Made by a program: the position numbers and the translations under genes. 64,000 nucleotides of DNA from Hydrurus foetidus (taxonomy: Eukaryota), in the NCBI GenBank assembly GCA_900617105.1, contig UYFQ01000539.1, positions 1 through 64,000 of the forward strand, given 5' to 3'. The notes under the pieces are model-generated. The model did not search any database. It was not told where the DNA came from and saw nothing but the letters and a program-made list of their open reading frames with translations. Shown piece after piece: positions 52,101-64,000 of the stretch (positions within the stretch are counted from its first letter, which is position 1; each line of letters starts with the position of its first letter).

Positions 52101-55100
52101 AGAAATGTTCTAAACGCATAGTACGTAATTTGCTAAATGCACCAAATTTGTGAAATATTAAAATTTCGTTGTATACTTCAGACTGATTAAATACGATTAA
52201 TAATGTGAATGAGTTGTGCGCCTTCTATTTAATTCAGATGGCGTGATGCTTACAAATTTGCAACATGCAAGTCTTGCAAAGGAATAGGAGGATACGTGGC
52301 AAAAGCCGTTACCCTCTACCGAGATTTAACAAGTCAGACGTACGGACATCACACGGACAAAAATGAAAAAATCGAAAAAAATGAAAAAAATGAAAAGGGT
52401 GAAAAAGGTGAGAAAAATAAAGAAAAAGAGAACGAAAAAGATAAAAACAGACTGGTCACAATGACATCCCCTGGGGAGTCTAAATCCACCGCTTATCAGT
52501 CTACCGCAGCACTGAAAAGATCAGCTGCAATTATCGCCGCAACAATGACAGATGCGAAACATAAATCTCTGTGGAAAATACCGGAATTGTTAATATCATT
52601 TATGAGCAATTTACCCCTAAATCTAAGCGGAATATCGCCAAATAATAAGTCATGGACTTTAAGAAAAACTTTTCGATTATTGAATTTAAAATGTGTGGAT
52701 GATATTCAAGACATGGACATGGGATCGGGAGTACAGGTGCAAATATAATGAAATAGCAGCTAATTTAGTTGTTATTTGTTGTATGCATAGTTTTTTATTT
52801 GTGTTTATTTTGTGATTTCCGTGATGAATAGCAGTTCCTAAATTTATTTTTATTGGACAATTTTCTAGCATTTAATTACTACTTGCATTTTTCTTTATTG
52901 TGTTTTTATACCGTTTTTTTACACATTTTATTATGTATAGATAATTTCAAGCATGATTGCTATTTTTCAAGTATGATCAACTAATCTTTTTTCTTTTGCA
53001 TTTTTATAGGACTGTGTCAAATTCTTGATTGAGAACTTTTTGCTGTTATCGGCATCTCGGTCAGTGGCCGAGATCGATATGTACAAATTAGTGATTGCAC
53101 TTAAAGACCATTATATTAAACATCCGATGATATTAACATTTGCAAGGATGATTTCTTTAGTTGATGGTGACACTGTCTCAAGTACTTCTGATGAACGCAC
53201 AGTACTTACGGACGAACGAAAAACAGATCGAGCAAAATTAAATAATAAATTAAAAATGTTACAAGATGATTCTACCGTTTTGCCTCAAAACCGTAAAATA
53301 ATTTTTTCCGATTGTGCAATTCCGTTACCGATTTCTTCCGTTTACTTATTTGCTCGTTCTTGTTTACTTCGAGAATATTCAGGTACAATTATTTAGTATT
53401 TCATTCATGCTCTTTTGCGAGGGTTTGCTTCGTTCTGTATCTCTTCATTGCAAGTACCAAATTTGAATTTTTCACAGTAGCGTGGATTTCTATTGTAGAT
53501 CATCGCCACATTTTTGCATACAGTACGAAGGGAAATTAACTTATACTATTTTTAATTTCACTCGATTAATCGGTTTATTCCTTGATTTATTATTTTATAT
53601 CACCTTGCAAATCATTTTATGTCACCTCATCGAGTGCACTCTGAAAAAGTTGTGATTGTTGATCTATAATTATTATTATTTTCCTGTAGGATTGTTTGCC
53701 AGTCATGTAACGAAAATTCAAGAACATTCCCGTGTTCAAAAAGAACTGAAAGAAATACTATTTTCTGACGCTATTATAGACAATACAAAAAAGAAACCAA
53801 ATAAATTCAAAACAAATTCCCAAGACTCAGCGGAAAATTCGAAAAATAATTCAGATGAAAAAAAAGAAATATTTGATTTACCTCAGCATTTATTTTTAAA
53901 TGAAGAATTGTATTTTTTTATTCCCATCGATAGAGCTGTGCACGTTCTCATTGCGATTTTTGAATCTGCAAAAGTTAATATTGAATTACAAAAGAAATTA
54001 TTTTATCAATTAGAATTGCAGACTCACGTACTAAATAAATCAGGTTATTAATTTTTATCTTCTTGTCCTTTATTGTAATGCAATGTGTTTTGCTGTGGTG
54101 TGTTATATTGTATTGTATTGTATTGTATTGTATTGTATTGTGTTGTGTTGTGTTGTGCTGTGTTGTGCTGTGTTGTGTCGTGTTGTGTTATATCGTGTTG
54201 TGTTATGTTGTATTGTATTGTGTTGTGTTGTGTTGTATTGTATTGTATTTTGTTATATTGTAGATCATTTTAGTAGCATTTAACGCTAACGAAGATTGAC
54301 ATGTCTACTATATATCAAAATCTCCCTCCTAATATGCAAAATTCATTAATTATTTCAGGTACGATTTTTCCTAAAGCAGGAATGTCGAAATCAATCCATG
54401 CAGTATTTCGTAAATTAATAAAAACAAAATCCGTAAACGGAAAAGATTTAAGTGAAGAAGAATTATACGGTTCGGAAGGCATGCCTGGAATGGGTTCGCA
54501 AAATAGAAAAAAGTTTGGACGATCACATAATGATGGAAAAAAAAATAATGAGTCTGGTAATAATTCAAACGATAGAAATAGCATGAGAAATAATAATTAT
54601 GATAGTAAAGATGTAGTATTTAGAAAAGATAAAGAAAGCAATGGTAATGAAAATGAAAATAATGAAGATGAAAAAATAGTTCCTAAGATTCCGATTGAAG
54701 AAAAAAGTCCAGTGGTAATTTTTCGATTTTTTCTCTCTCATTTAAATATGTATTTCATTATCATTGTTTTTCTATTTTCATCATTTTGCACTTTTCCGTA
54801 TTTATCCTGTACGATTGACCTCATCATTTTTGAAATTTCTGTATCTTTGTCTCTCCTCTTCTTCCATTTAATTTTTTTCTCATCATTTCTCGAACCTGGT
54901 CGCCTTGATTTTTCGCAATTTCCCCCCTCTCTGACTCTCTCCCTATTTTCCTTTGCTTCTTTGTCCTTCACTCATCCTCTCCCTGATACTATCCTCCCCT
55001 CCACTTGATCTTCATTCCCTACTCATCTCCCTTTCTCATCTTGTTTTTCCCCCTCCATTTCAGATGATAGTCAATATGGATTTCGTGCTACAATTAATAA

Positions 55101-56145
55101 TCGAAGCTTTAATTCAAAGAAATGCAGAGGAGGAAAAACGGCTAAAACAAGTCTATATTGACGGCGATACTGACGGAGACGGAGTCCTTTCGTTCGAAGA
55201 GTTTAAAAGTACGTACGACAATATATTTTGTATTGTAGGTGTCTTATTTCTTTTACTTTTTTATTGCTGGTACTGTCTTTTTTGTTTTCGATACAGCAAT
55301 TCACGAGCGAGATTTTTTTCTTTCTTTCTCACGATTGATATCTCATCCTTATATGACCACTTAACATAATTATCAGCCATCCTAACCTCATCCTTTTTAT
55401 TTCGAATTTACTTCATCTCCCATTTTTTATAGTGATTATGTACATTTCCCAGCAGTGCGTTTTAAGTATTTTTCATTTCTGACTCAAAGTCTGATACTAT
55501 ATCTCCCGCGATATTTTCATGCACAGATATATTTATGGAAGTGGCATCAGATTGGCATGAAAGAAGAATAATGAACGTTTTCAGGGAAGCATTAATGATG
55601 GGAAAAGACAACAATGATACCATAGGTATATGACCGACTATACTTGATGACTCATGTAATTACACATTGGAGCATATTTATTGACTTAGCTAAATGGATA
55701 GAAGCCATCAAATGGGATTAAATAAATGCAAGAAAATTGTGTTTGAGGGAGGGGGTCAGGGTCAGGGTTCTGAACCAAAATCAAATAAATTTCAACGGTT
55801 TTCACCGTATTTGCAATATCGATAACTATCATTTTCAATACCTTTTGTATTCCGTATTCCGTATTCTGTAATTTCGATAGGACCGGAAGCGTTTGCTGCT
55901 GTGTGTTCTCGACACGGACTACTTCGGCTCGTACGTACATCACAGTACAGTACAATACGTTTTTATACTTCTTGTTATTGTTTTTTTCATTTTTGTTGCT
56001 TTTGTTGTTATCGCTATTACCATTAGATATCAGTACTGTAATTAGTTTTGATATCATCATTACTTGCACTTTTTTCAAATTATTATTAGTTTTATTTTGC
56101 TGTTATTATTGTTATTGTATTATTATTATTATTATCACTATGATT

Positions 56146-56210
<65 letters not shown>

Positions 56211-58155
56211 GTATTATTATTGTTGTTATTACTACTATTATTATTATTATTACTGTTGTAATTATCATCGTTATTTTATTATTTTTACTGTAGGTGGATA
56301 TGACGAGATTGCGAGAAGTTTCGCTTTCTGCCATATCGCATGATTCCGACTGGAGATCAAAAGTGCCCACTGCGTCAGGTAAAAACATTCTCAGAACTTC
56401 ATCTCTGTTCTTTTTTTACACTCATCTCCTATCCACACAATGATACATATGTACTATACGTAGATGAATGCGTACGTGTGTACGTATACACAAAACATAC
56501 ACACATGTGCATTCACTTTCACACACATATCAAGTTATGCTATGTTATGTTACATTCTGTTGTGTTGTGTTGTGTTGCATTGTGTTGTGTTATGTTGTGT
56601 TGTGTTGTGTTGTGTTGTGTTGTGTTGTGTTGTGTTGTGTTGTGTTGTGTTGTGTTGTGTTGTGTTGTGTTGTGTTGTGTTGTGTTGTGTTGTGTTGTGT
56701 TGTGTTGTGTTATGTGAGGGGAGTTAGGTGTGAGAGGAAGGGAGTGTATGAGGAAGAGAGAGTAAGAGGGAAAATGTGGGAAAACGAAGAAGGAAGGGAG
56801 AGAGGGAGAGAAGGAAGGAAGGAAAAAAGGAGAAAAAAAGGAGAGAGTGAATTTGTTCTACAATTTTCACCATGTTATCATATCTTTCACTTGACAATTT
56901 GTCTCGATGTAATGGGATGCATTCTTCCTGAAAATAATGAGGATCTGTTCGTACCTCGCCTAATGTGTGAATTATTAATATTCATCAAATTCAATTTTTC
57001 TCCTCTTATTTTTTAATTTTTAATTTTCTTTTTTAATATTAATTTCTGTGTTCTGTATTCTGTATTCCGTATAATCGTAGAAAAAACCTTCAAAGAAAAA
57101 GAAATGGAAGATAGAATAAAATTAATAGATGATCAAAACAGAATAATAGAAAAAGAAAAAGAATTAGAGATCAAGGAAAATATGATGCAAGAAAAAGAAG
57201 ATTTATTAAATAGTGTTATAAATGCTGATGTAAAAAAATCTAGTGGAAAAAATTCATTTGAAGAAATGGATGAAAATCGAAAAAAATCTGTACGTGCATA
57301 CTTACACAGAATTCTTAATTTGCAGCAAATATTACCGGGAAAATTACCAAATATATTGAATTCGAATTCATTGTCTCTCGATGAAAATATAAATGGCAAT
57401 TCTGGACATATAAGTGACAATAATTCTGTTTTTGATAAAAATGAAAGTGATGATATTTATAATTATGGTACCAGCAATAACAGCAGTTTTTACAATGCTA
57501 ATAAAAGTAGCGAGAATAATAATAATAGTATTGCCTTCAGCAATGATAAAAATCATCATTTTAAACACGACATTATTTACGAGGAAAATAATTTATCAAA
57601 TGAAATTATTCAAAATATACAAAGTCTTCAAAATACACAAAATGAAACAATAAACGAAATTGAAATTCGCGAAAATATTGCTATTAATTTTATTGACGGT
57701 AATTGCGATGACACGGAAATATTTCCGAAATTAAAAGATGATAATCGGGATTATAATGAGAGTGAAGATGCGAGAAATGAAGCTGACAATAATGAAAATT
57801 ACGAGGGTGTTAGTACTGACAAAAATGGCAATAGAAATGATAATATTGACGTAAATTATAATGATAATAATAATGTCGATGAAAACAGTAATGAGAACAA
57901 TATTGACAACAAAAACAATAACAGTCAAAATGATGATAAAAATTATTACAATCAGAAGAGTATTAGATCAAACATCATAATATTAGATGCAAATAAAGAC
58001 ACAATTATTCCGCATGCTATAATCGACCACACTCACAACAGTAAAGAATTAGATGGTGATAATTATATTAGCAGCAATAATTCGTTCAAAATTATCAAAA
58101 ACTCTCTAATGAAGGAAGATGTTATTCAGGCTACAAATTGTAGAATTCGCAACAG

Positions 58156-58230
<75 letters not shown>

Positions 58231-61200
58231 CGATAATGATAACACACCTGATAACAGAATTATAAAAAACAATATTTTAGATGATCTGAATAATTTTGTT
58301 CAAAATTCTAAACACTTAACATCTCAAACTCAGTCATCATTAAAAGAAGAAAAAGAAAAAGAAAAAAGTAATAATCCTATCCAAAAAACAGATTCAAATT
58401 CTTATGAAAATGAAATTGAAAAAATAGAATTTTTGACAAAATCTAAAAAAACAAAAGAAAAAAGTTTTCGAAAACATGTTGAAACTTCGCTCCCAATTGA
58501 TTTTATTCCGAGCAAGAAAAACAGTGAAAAAAATTCCGAGGAAGATAACCCGAAGAATGTTTCCCACATAAATAATTCTTTAAGAACATCAGAAAAGACT
58601 CGCGGAAGCTTCTCTGAGAACGTTCCTCAAACAATTCCTAATACAAATAATATTCCGATGAAAATGACCCCAAATATTTCACGGGTTTCAGGGTCTGATG
58701 TGGCGTCACGAACTGTTTCTTTACGGGGACAAAAAGAAGAATATCCGGTCATTTCCGTTAAAATTCCCACACCCCGAAATCTGCTTCCGAAAACCGGAAA
58801 AATTACCCTTGAAATCCCGAAATTCGGTGAGAAACCATTAAGTCTTGACGTGAAAATGGTAGCTTCAAAAACGAATTCAAATGAAGGGGACAAACAGAAA
58901 GGAGTGGGAAGAACGAAATTTGAAAACGAGAAGAAAAAAAGAGAAGAAATGATCATAAAAAATCAAAAAGATACAAAAGACAATAAACGAAATAAAAGCG
59001 AAAAAGAAGAAAATATAGGAAATAAAAAAGATATTAAAGATAGTGCAGGAGGAAAAATTACACCGGGAGTTTCGTTTTCTCACGGCATACCCGGCTTACA
59101 CCCTATAAGCGACACTGAAGCTGTTCAATTCTTGGCAGGTAAATTGATGATATTCAGTTGTGCTGTGTTATATTATGTTGTGTTGTATTGTGTTATGTTA
59201 TGTTATGTTGTGTTGTGTTGTGTAGTATTGTGTTGTATTGTATTGTGTTATGTTGCGTTGTGTTGTATTGTATTGTGTTATGTTGTGTTGTATCGTTTTG
59301 TGTTGTGGTGTGTTGTGTTATGTTGTATTGTCTTGTGTTGTGGTGTATTGTATTGTCTTGTGGTGTGGTGTATTATATTGTGTTGTTTTGTGTTGTGGTG
59401 TATTGCATTGTATTGTATTGTGTCGAGTTGAGTTGTGTTGTGTTGTGTTATGTTGTGTTGTGGTGTGTTGTGGTGTATTGTATTGTATTGTGTTGTGGTG
59501 TATTGAATTGTGTTGTGGTGTATTGTATTGTGTTGTGTTTTGCAGTGTTGTGTTGTGGTGTGTTGTATTGTGTTGTGGTGTATTGTATTGTGTTGTGTTG
59601 TGGTGTGTTGTGTTGTGTTGAGTTGTGCTGTGTTGTGTTATGTTGTGTTGTGGTGTATTGTATTGTATTGTGTTGTGGTGTATTGAATTGTGTTGTGGTG
59701 TATTGTATTGTGTTGTCTTGTGGTGTACTGTATTGTATTGTATTGTATTGTATTGTATTGTATTGTATTGTATTGTATTGTATTGTATTGTATTGTATTG
59801 TATTGTATTGTATTGTATTGTATTGTATTGTGTTGTATTGTGTTGTGGTGTATTGCATTGTATTGTATTGTGTTGTGTTGAGTTGTGCTGTGTTGTGTTA
59901 TGTTGTGGTGTGTTGTGGTGTATTGTATTGTATTGTGTTGTGTTGTGGTGTATTGAATTGTGTTGTATTGTGTTGTATTGTATTGTATTGTGTTGTCTTG
60001 TGTTGTGGTGTATTGCATTGTATTGTGTTGTGTTATGTTGTGGTGTGTTGTGTTGTGGTGTATTGTATTGTGTTGTGTTGTGGTGTATTGAATTGTGTTG
60101 TGGTGTGTTGCCTTGTGTTGTGGTGTATTGCATTGTATTGTATTGTGTTGAGTTGTGCTGTGTTGTGTTATGTTGTGGTGTGTTGTGGTGTATTGTATTG
60201 TATTGTGTTGTGTTGTGGTGTATTGAATTGTGTTGTATTGTGTTGTATTGTATTGTATTGTGTTGTCTTGTGTTGTGGTGTATTGCATTGTATTGTGTTG
60301 TGTTATGTTGTGGTGTGTTGTGTTGTGGTGTATTGTATTGTGTTGTGTTGTGGTGTATTGAATTGTGTTGTATTGTGTTGCCTTGTGTTGTGGTGTATTG
60401 TATTGTATTGTATTGTGATGTGTTCTGTTCTGTTGTATTGTATTGTGTTGAGTTGTGTTGTGTTATGTTGTGGTGTGTTGTGTTGTGGTGTGGTGTATTG
60501 TATTGTATTGTATTGTGTTGTGGTGTATTGTGTTGTATTGTACTGTGTTGTGGTGTGTTGTATTGTGTTGCATTGTATCGTGTTGTACTTGATAGGACTC
60601 CTTTGATGTTGTGTAATCAAGTGTCTTGTGCGACTGTATTAAATATCTGTTTCAAACTGTATTCTTCGGCTTGAAACAATCCTGTATTACTTTTTCTTCT
60701 ACTGCCAGTCGTGCAGATGTGCGATAAGATTCTGCACGATTTTACGCCACGAAGTTTCATTGCATGCCACTCAGTATTCTACAACACAACTTTATTTTAT
60801 ATGATTTTATTCGTCACATTTTTAGGTATGGGACATAACGAAATAAATTTAAATTTAAAATCAAATTCACGAGAAGTAGAATCGAATTTGCTTTCAGATA
60901 ATCTCACCACCAAATATAATGAAGTAGCATCAAAATCGATAGTGACGAATGAAGTGAAATCGAAAATTGCGGCAACAAATTTATTGCAAAAGTTGAAAGA
61001 TAAAAAATTCAAAAGGCAAAATGTTGAAGAGAAAATCTTTTCGGATGATTTAGCATCTAATGTTCTTACAAAAGAGCAAGATTTGAATGCAGGGACTCAA
61101 TACAAAAATGATAGTATCGGAAATCATGCAGAAAAAGCCTCTGAAGGTAATGAAAAAAAGGTTGACGGCAAAAATAAAAATGAAAAGAGTTCTTTTAATC

Positions 61201-61448
61201 AAGATAGGGATAGTGATGACATGAACTTCAACAGTGGCGAGGAAAATGAAAAAAGAGAAGAAGAAGATGAAATAGAAAAAAATGAAAAAAATGATGAAGA
61301 AGAAAAAGAAGGAGGTGGAGGAGATAACGACAGTACCCACTCAAGTGATTTTATGTTTTCACTCGATGAAGTTTCCCAGCACACAGGAGGTTTCGACATG
61401 TTTCTATCTCATGACGAAGATAATAATTCCAACGACTATGATATTTAA
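49130..61448 (+). CDS. Large multi-exon coiled-coil/EF-hand protein with N-rich low-complexity C-terminus
   Basis: Series of GT-AG bounded + strand exons (for example 50828-51250, 52238-52735, 53010-53381, 55064-55209, 57081-59138, 60826-61448). EF-hand loop DTDGDGVLSFEE. Could be more than one gene. Confidence 0.65.
51405..51530. mobile_element. MITE in an intron (copy 2, right TIR diverged)
   Basis: Shares the core ATGTCCGRTAAATATGAACGAWTCCRAGGTGGAAATGAAATGGTGATTTCAACAG with 33496-33621. Confidence 0.7.
51780..51915 (+). repeat. (TGTTG/TATTG)n intronic microsatellite
   Basis: Read directly. Confidence 0.95.
54085..54260 (+). repeat. (TGTTG/TATTG)n intronic microsatellite
   Basis: Read directly. 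Confidence 0.95.
56100..56270 (+). repeat. (ATT)n intronic microsatellite
   Basis: Read directly. Confidence 0.95.
56533..56714 (+). repeat. (TGTTG)n intronic microsatellite
   Basis: Read directly. Confidence 0.95.
58160..58228 (+). repeat. (AAT)n coding poly-Asn tract
   Basis: Inside ORF 57104-59431. Confidence 0.9.
59158..60587 (+). repeat. 1.4-kb complex pentanucleotide satellite (NNTTG variants) in an intron
   Basis: 5-bp phase is kept along the array; starts about 20 nt after the donor at 59139. Confidence 0.95.
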
Positions 61449-62235
61449 ATTGAGTAGATTTAGTTCTGCATTCTATGATATAAGATATGTATTTTGTTGG
61501 ATTTGTGTGTCATTATTTTTATTTCTTTCCTCAGCATTAATTTTTTTTTCTTTAATTTTGTTGGAATCCTACTCATCAAATTTTCACAAAAAATAATTTA
61601 AAAAAAAACAGACGTGCTGATCCAATATTCAAACTTAAGTATATTCTTCTTCACTTTAAATCAGGAGTGAAGATTTAATATTTGAAATTATCTCATCTCT
61701 AGAACAGATCGTCCATTATTTTTTAAAATTGAAGTACGCTTGAACAGTTGATGAATTAAATTTCGAAGCATTTGATGTCAATTGTAACATTTTTAGTTCG
61801 AAGCATTTAGCATTTGGTAGAACAGTACTGAATTTATGTCAATGACTACATCTGTGTATACGATGTAGAGTGTCGTCAAGCGCTTGGAATTTGCATATGA
61901 CAAAAATCAAAATAGGCCTCTCCCTCTTGAAGCGGTAAAACATTAAAAGTTCAATAATTCTTTTTTCTTCTTAAAAAAATTTCATCTCTGAATTATCACC
62001 ACAGATAATAAACATTTGTATAACGTGAAATAAGAGTAAAATATCATTTTCGTTAGTTTCCGAAATATAGTGCGACAGTCTATTGATGTAAAAAGAACCG
62101 ACTATTACTTTTCCGGAAATAATAAAAGGAGGTAAATTGAAATTTGTGACAAAATTATGTAGTCTGAAAAATGGAGATATGAAAAGCAGCATTCATTGAT
62201 GCCACAGTAATTATCATTTGAATTGCAATTTAATT

Positions 62236-64000
62236 CTATAACTCCTCTTCTTCCTCTACTCCTTCCTTTTCTACATCTTTTGCTTCGTCAGAATCAACAG
62301 TTTTACTCGTTGGCAATTCACCGATTTCACTATCCAAATCCGTTAAATTGAAAAACCATCCTGCATCGGATAATTCTTTGGACAAAATAGATGTCCGCTG
62401 TTTAATCGGCATGATAGTCCAGTGGGGAGAAGGTGTGTTTCGGTGCCATCTGAAGTCAACCACATTGTCCCAACAAGTCGCATTTGTTAAACTGCTAGCC
62501 TAGTGGATACAAGAAAGTGATGTAATAGAGATGAACGAGAAAAGAAAAAAAAAGTTGAATTGAAATAAAACAGATTCAAAAGGAAAGGGAAATAAAGAAG
62601 AAATAAAGAATCATGAAAGAATATTAAAACAAAATGTATAAGAAAAAACAAAGGTATGAAGGTGTGAGTGTGGGGCCGACACGAAATAAAATTTACAAAC
62701 AAAAAAGTTGAAATTGTAAAAGGTAAAAAAAATGTGTTCTTACTTGAAAATCATTTTCTATTCCCGGATAAGAAATATTGTAAGGAGAGAATAAAAATCC
62801 AGTGCAGTCTTCAATAATGGGATGAGAATTAACTCGAACAAATAGGTGACAATTTTGACTTCGATGAATTCGTAATTGATGACAAGATAAATAAATTAGT
62901 ACGTCATTACACTCTTCTATGTAGACTGATGTGCAACATGGTCCAAGGTAAACTTGACAATTTTTCAAATTTTCAAGTCGCACAGATCCGTGTATCGTTG
63001 GACTGTTTTTTTGAAATTTAAGAAACGAGGAAGAAGACGAGGAGTACAGATTGTTAGACGTATTTCAAAATTAAAAAGGCACAGTAAATTATCATTAAGT
63101 ACGTGTGAGTCAAAATCTTGATTAATCTGAAAACATTTGGCGCAATATTCATTTGATTAGCGTAGAACATTCGAAATGTGAATACAATTAGTGGCTTCCA
63201 GAAAATGCCTACATGTCACTCACATAATATAAAATATCGAATATAAATTGAAGTCTAGCGATATTAAAATTAAGCAAAAAATGCAGCAAATTTATCGATT
63301 TACCTTGATATGACAACATTTTCACAGTCCGTAAGTAACAGCTGTACGTTCGTTCCAAAAGCGGAAATTAATTTTAATTCAGAACCGGATAGAAAAACTT
63401 TTTCATTTTTCTTTCCAGAAACTACATAGGATCCTGGTGGATATTTTTTTGTCTCTTTCTCTTCTTTCATTTCTTTTATTTCATCATTTGATTTTTCAAT
63501 TTTCTGTACAATTGGTACTTTGACACTACAAAGTAAAAATTATTTTCAATCTTTCAATAACAAGTTTAATGAAAAAACTAAATCATTAATATTGATTTGT
63601 ATTCTTTAAAATAACAGCAACAATAAAAGGAAAAAAAAAACTTACCCAGTTGAACGCGATGCAAAAGAAAACTTTTTTTTCGGTTTTAGAAGCAATTCCG
63701 TATCTTTCAATTCCCTTCCTAATATCTCTAATTCCTAGTAAAAGAAGTATTTTCTTTTGATTATTAGTGCTGATAAATAATTCCTAAGCACCGCATACAT
63801 CATGTAATCTGCGTGTCTGAGAAAATAGAACACAAATATGATTATTTTACAAATAGGATGTTAATATGTGGACACTACATATCAAAATTGTCTATACAAT
63901 TGTCTCGCACTCAATTATTGATAGGCTAACACTAACAATAATTTTCTCGCATTCAGAATGTGCTTACCTCTTGGCTTCTTCTGACATCGTAAGGAGGTAG
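62236..64000 (-). CDS. TBCC: Tubulin-specific chaperone C, 3' exons; start lies beyond the window
   Basis: LPPYDVRRSQE, GSVRLENL...GPCCTSVYIEEC...CHQLRIH...PIIEDC...FSPYN and WDNVVDFRWH...SPHW. Confidence 0.9.

Noticed and set aside
59158..60587. CRISPR-like or telomeric array
   Set aside because: No repeat-spacer structure; intronic microsatellite in a eukaryote
59158..60674. Long Cys/Val/Leu and Gln/His/Asn/Thr ORFs
   Set aside because: Translations of a stop-free pentanucleotide satellite; the same applies at 51784, 54063 and 56340

Overview
Eukaryotic nuclear DNA with GT-AG introns. It is probably a flagellated, plastid-bearing stramenopile, which is an inference from gene content, not a taxonomic assignment. 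Bases 1-23.5 kb are a nest of transposons: a decayed hAT-like transposase; a small TIR element carrying a TFIIS-type zinc-ribbon ORF and split by a chromodomain Ty3/Gypsy element; and a TA-flanked, hairpin-rich TIR element containing both an intact hAT (8-bp TSD) and a young Ty1/Copia (identical 353-bp LTRs, GGGGG TSD). Bases 23.8-64 kb are intron-rich host genes: La-motif protein, C18orf63-like, dynein light chain, TRM11-like methyltransferase fused to ankyrin repeats, mitochondrial-type ClpB/Hsp78, UMP-CMP kinase fused to a CaMKII-hub-like domain, a large EF-hand/coiled-coil gene with intronic pentanucleotide satellites, and TBCC. Most notable: (1) the Copia PBS has no tRNA-3'-end signature but is an exact 11-nt complement of a site in its own LTR, which resembles Tf1-type self-priming in a Copia; (2) the nucleotide kinase-CaMKII hub fusion; (3) splice donors at the gag/pol junction of both LTR elements. 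All family calls come from motifs read by eye; no database search was run.
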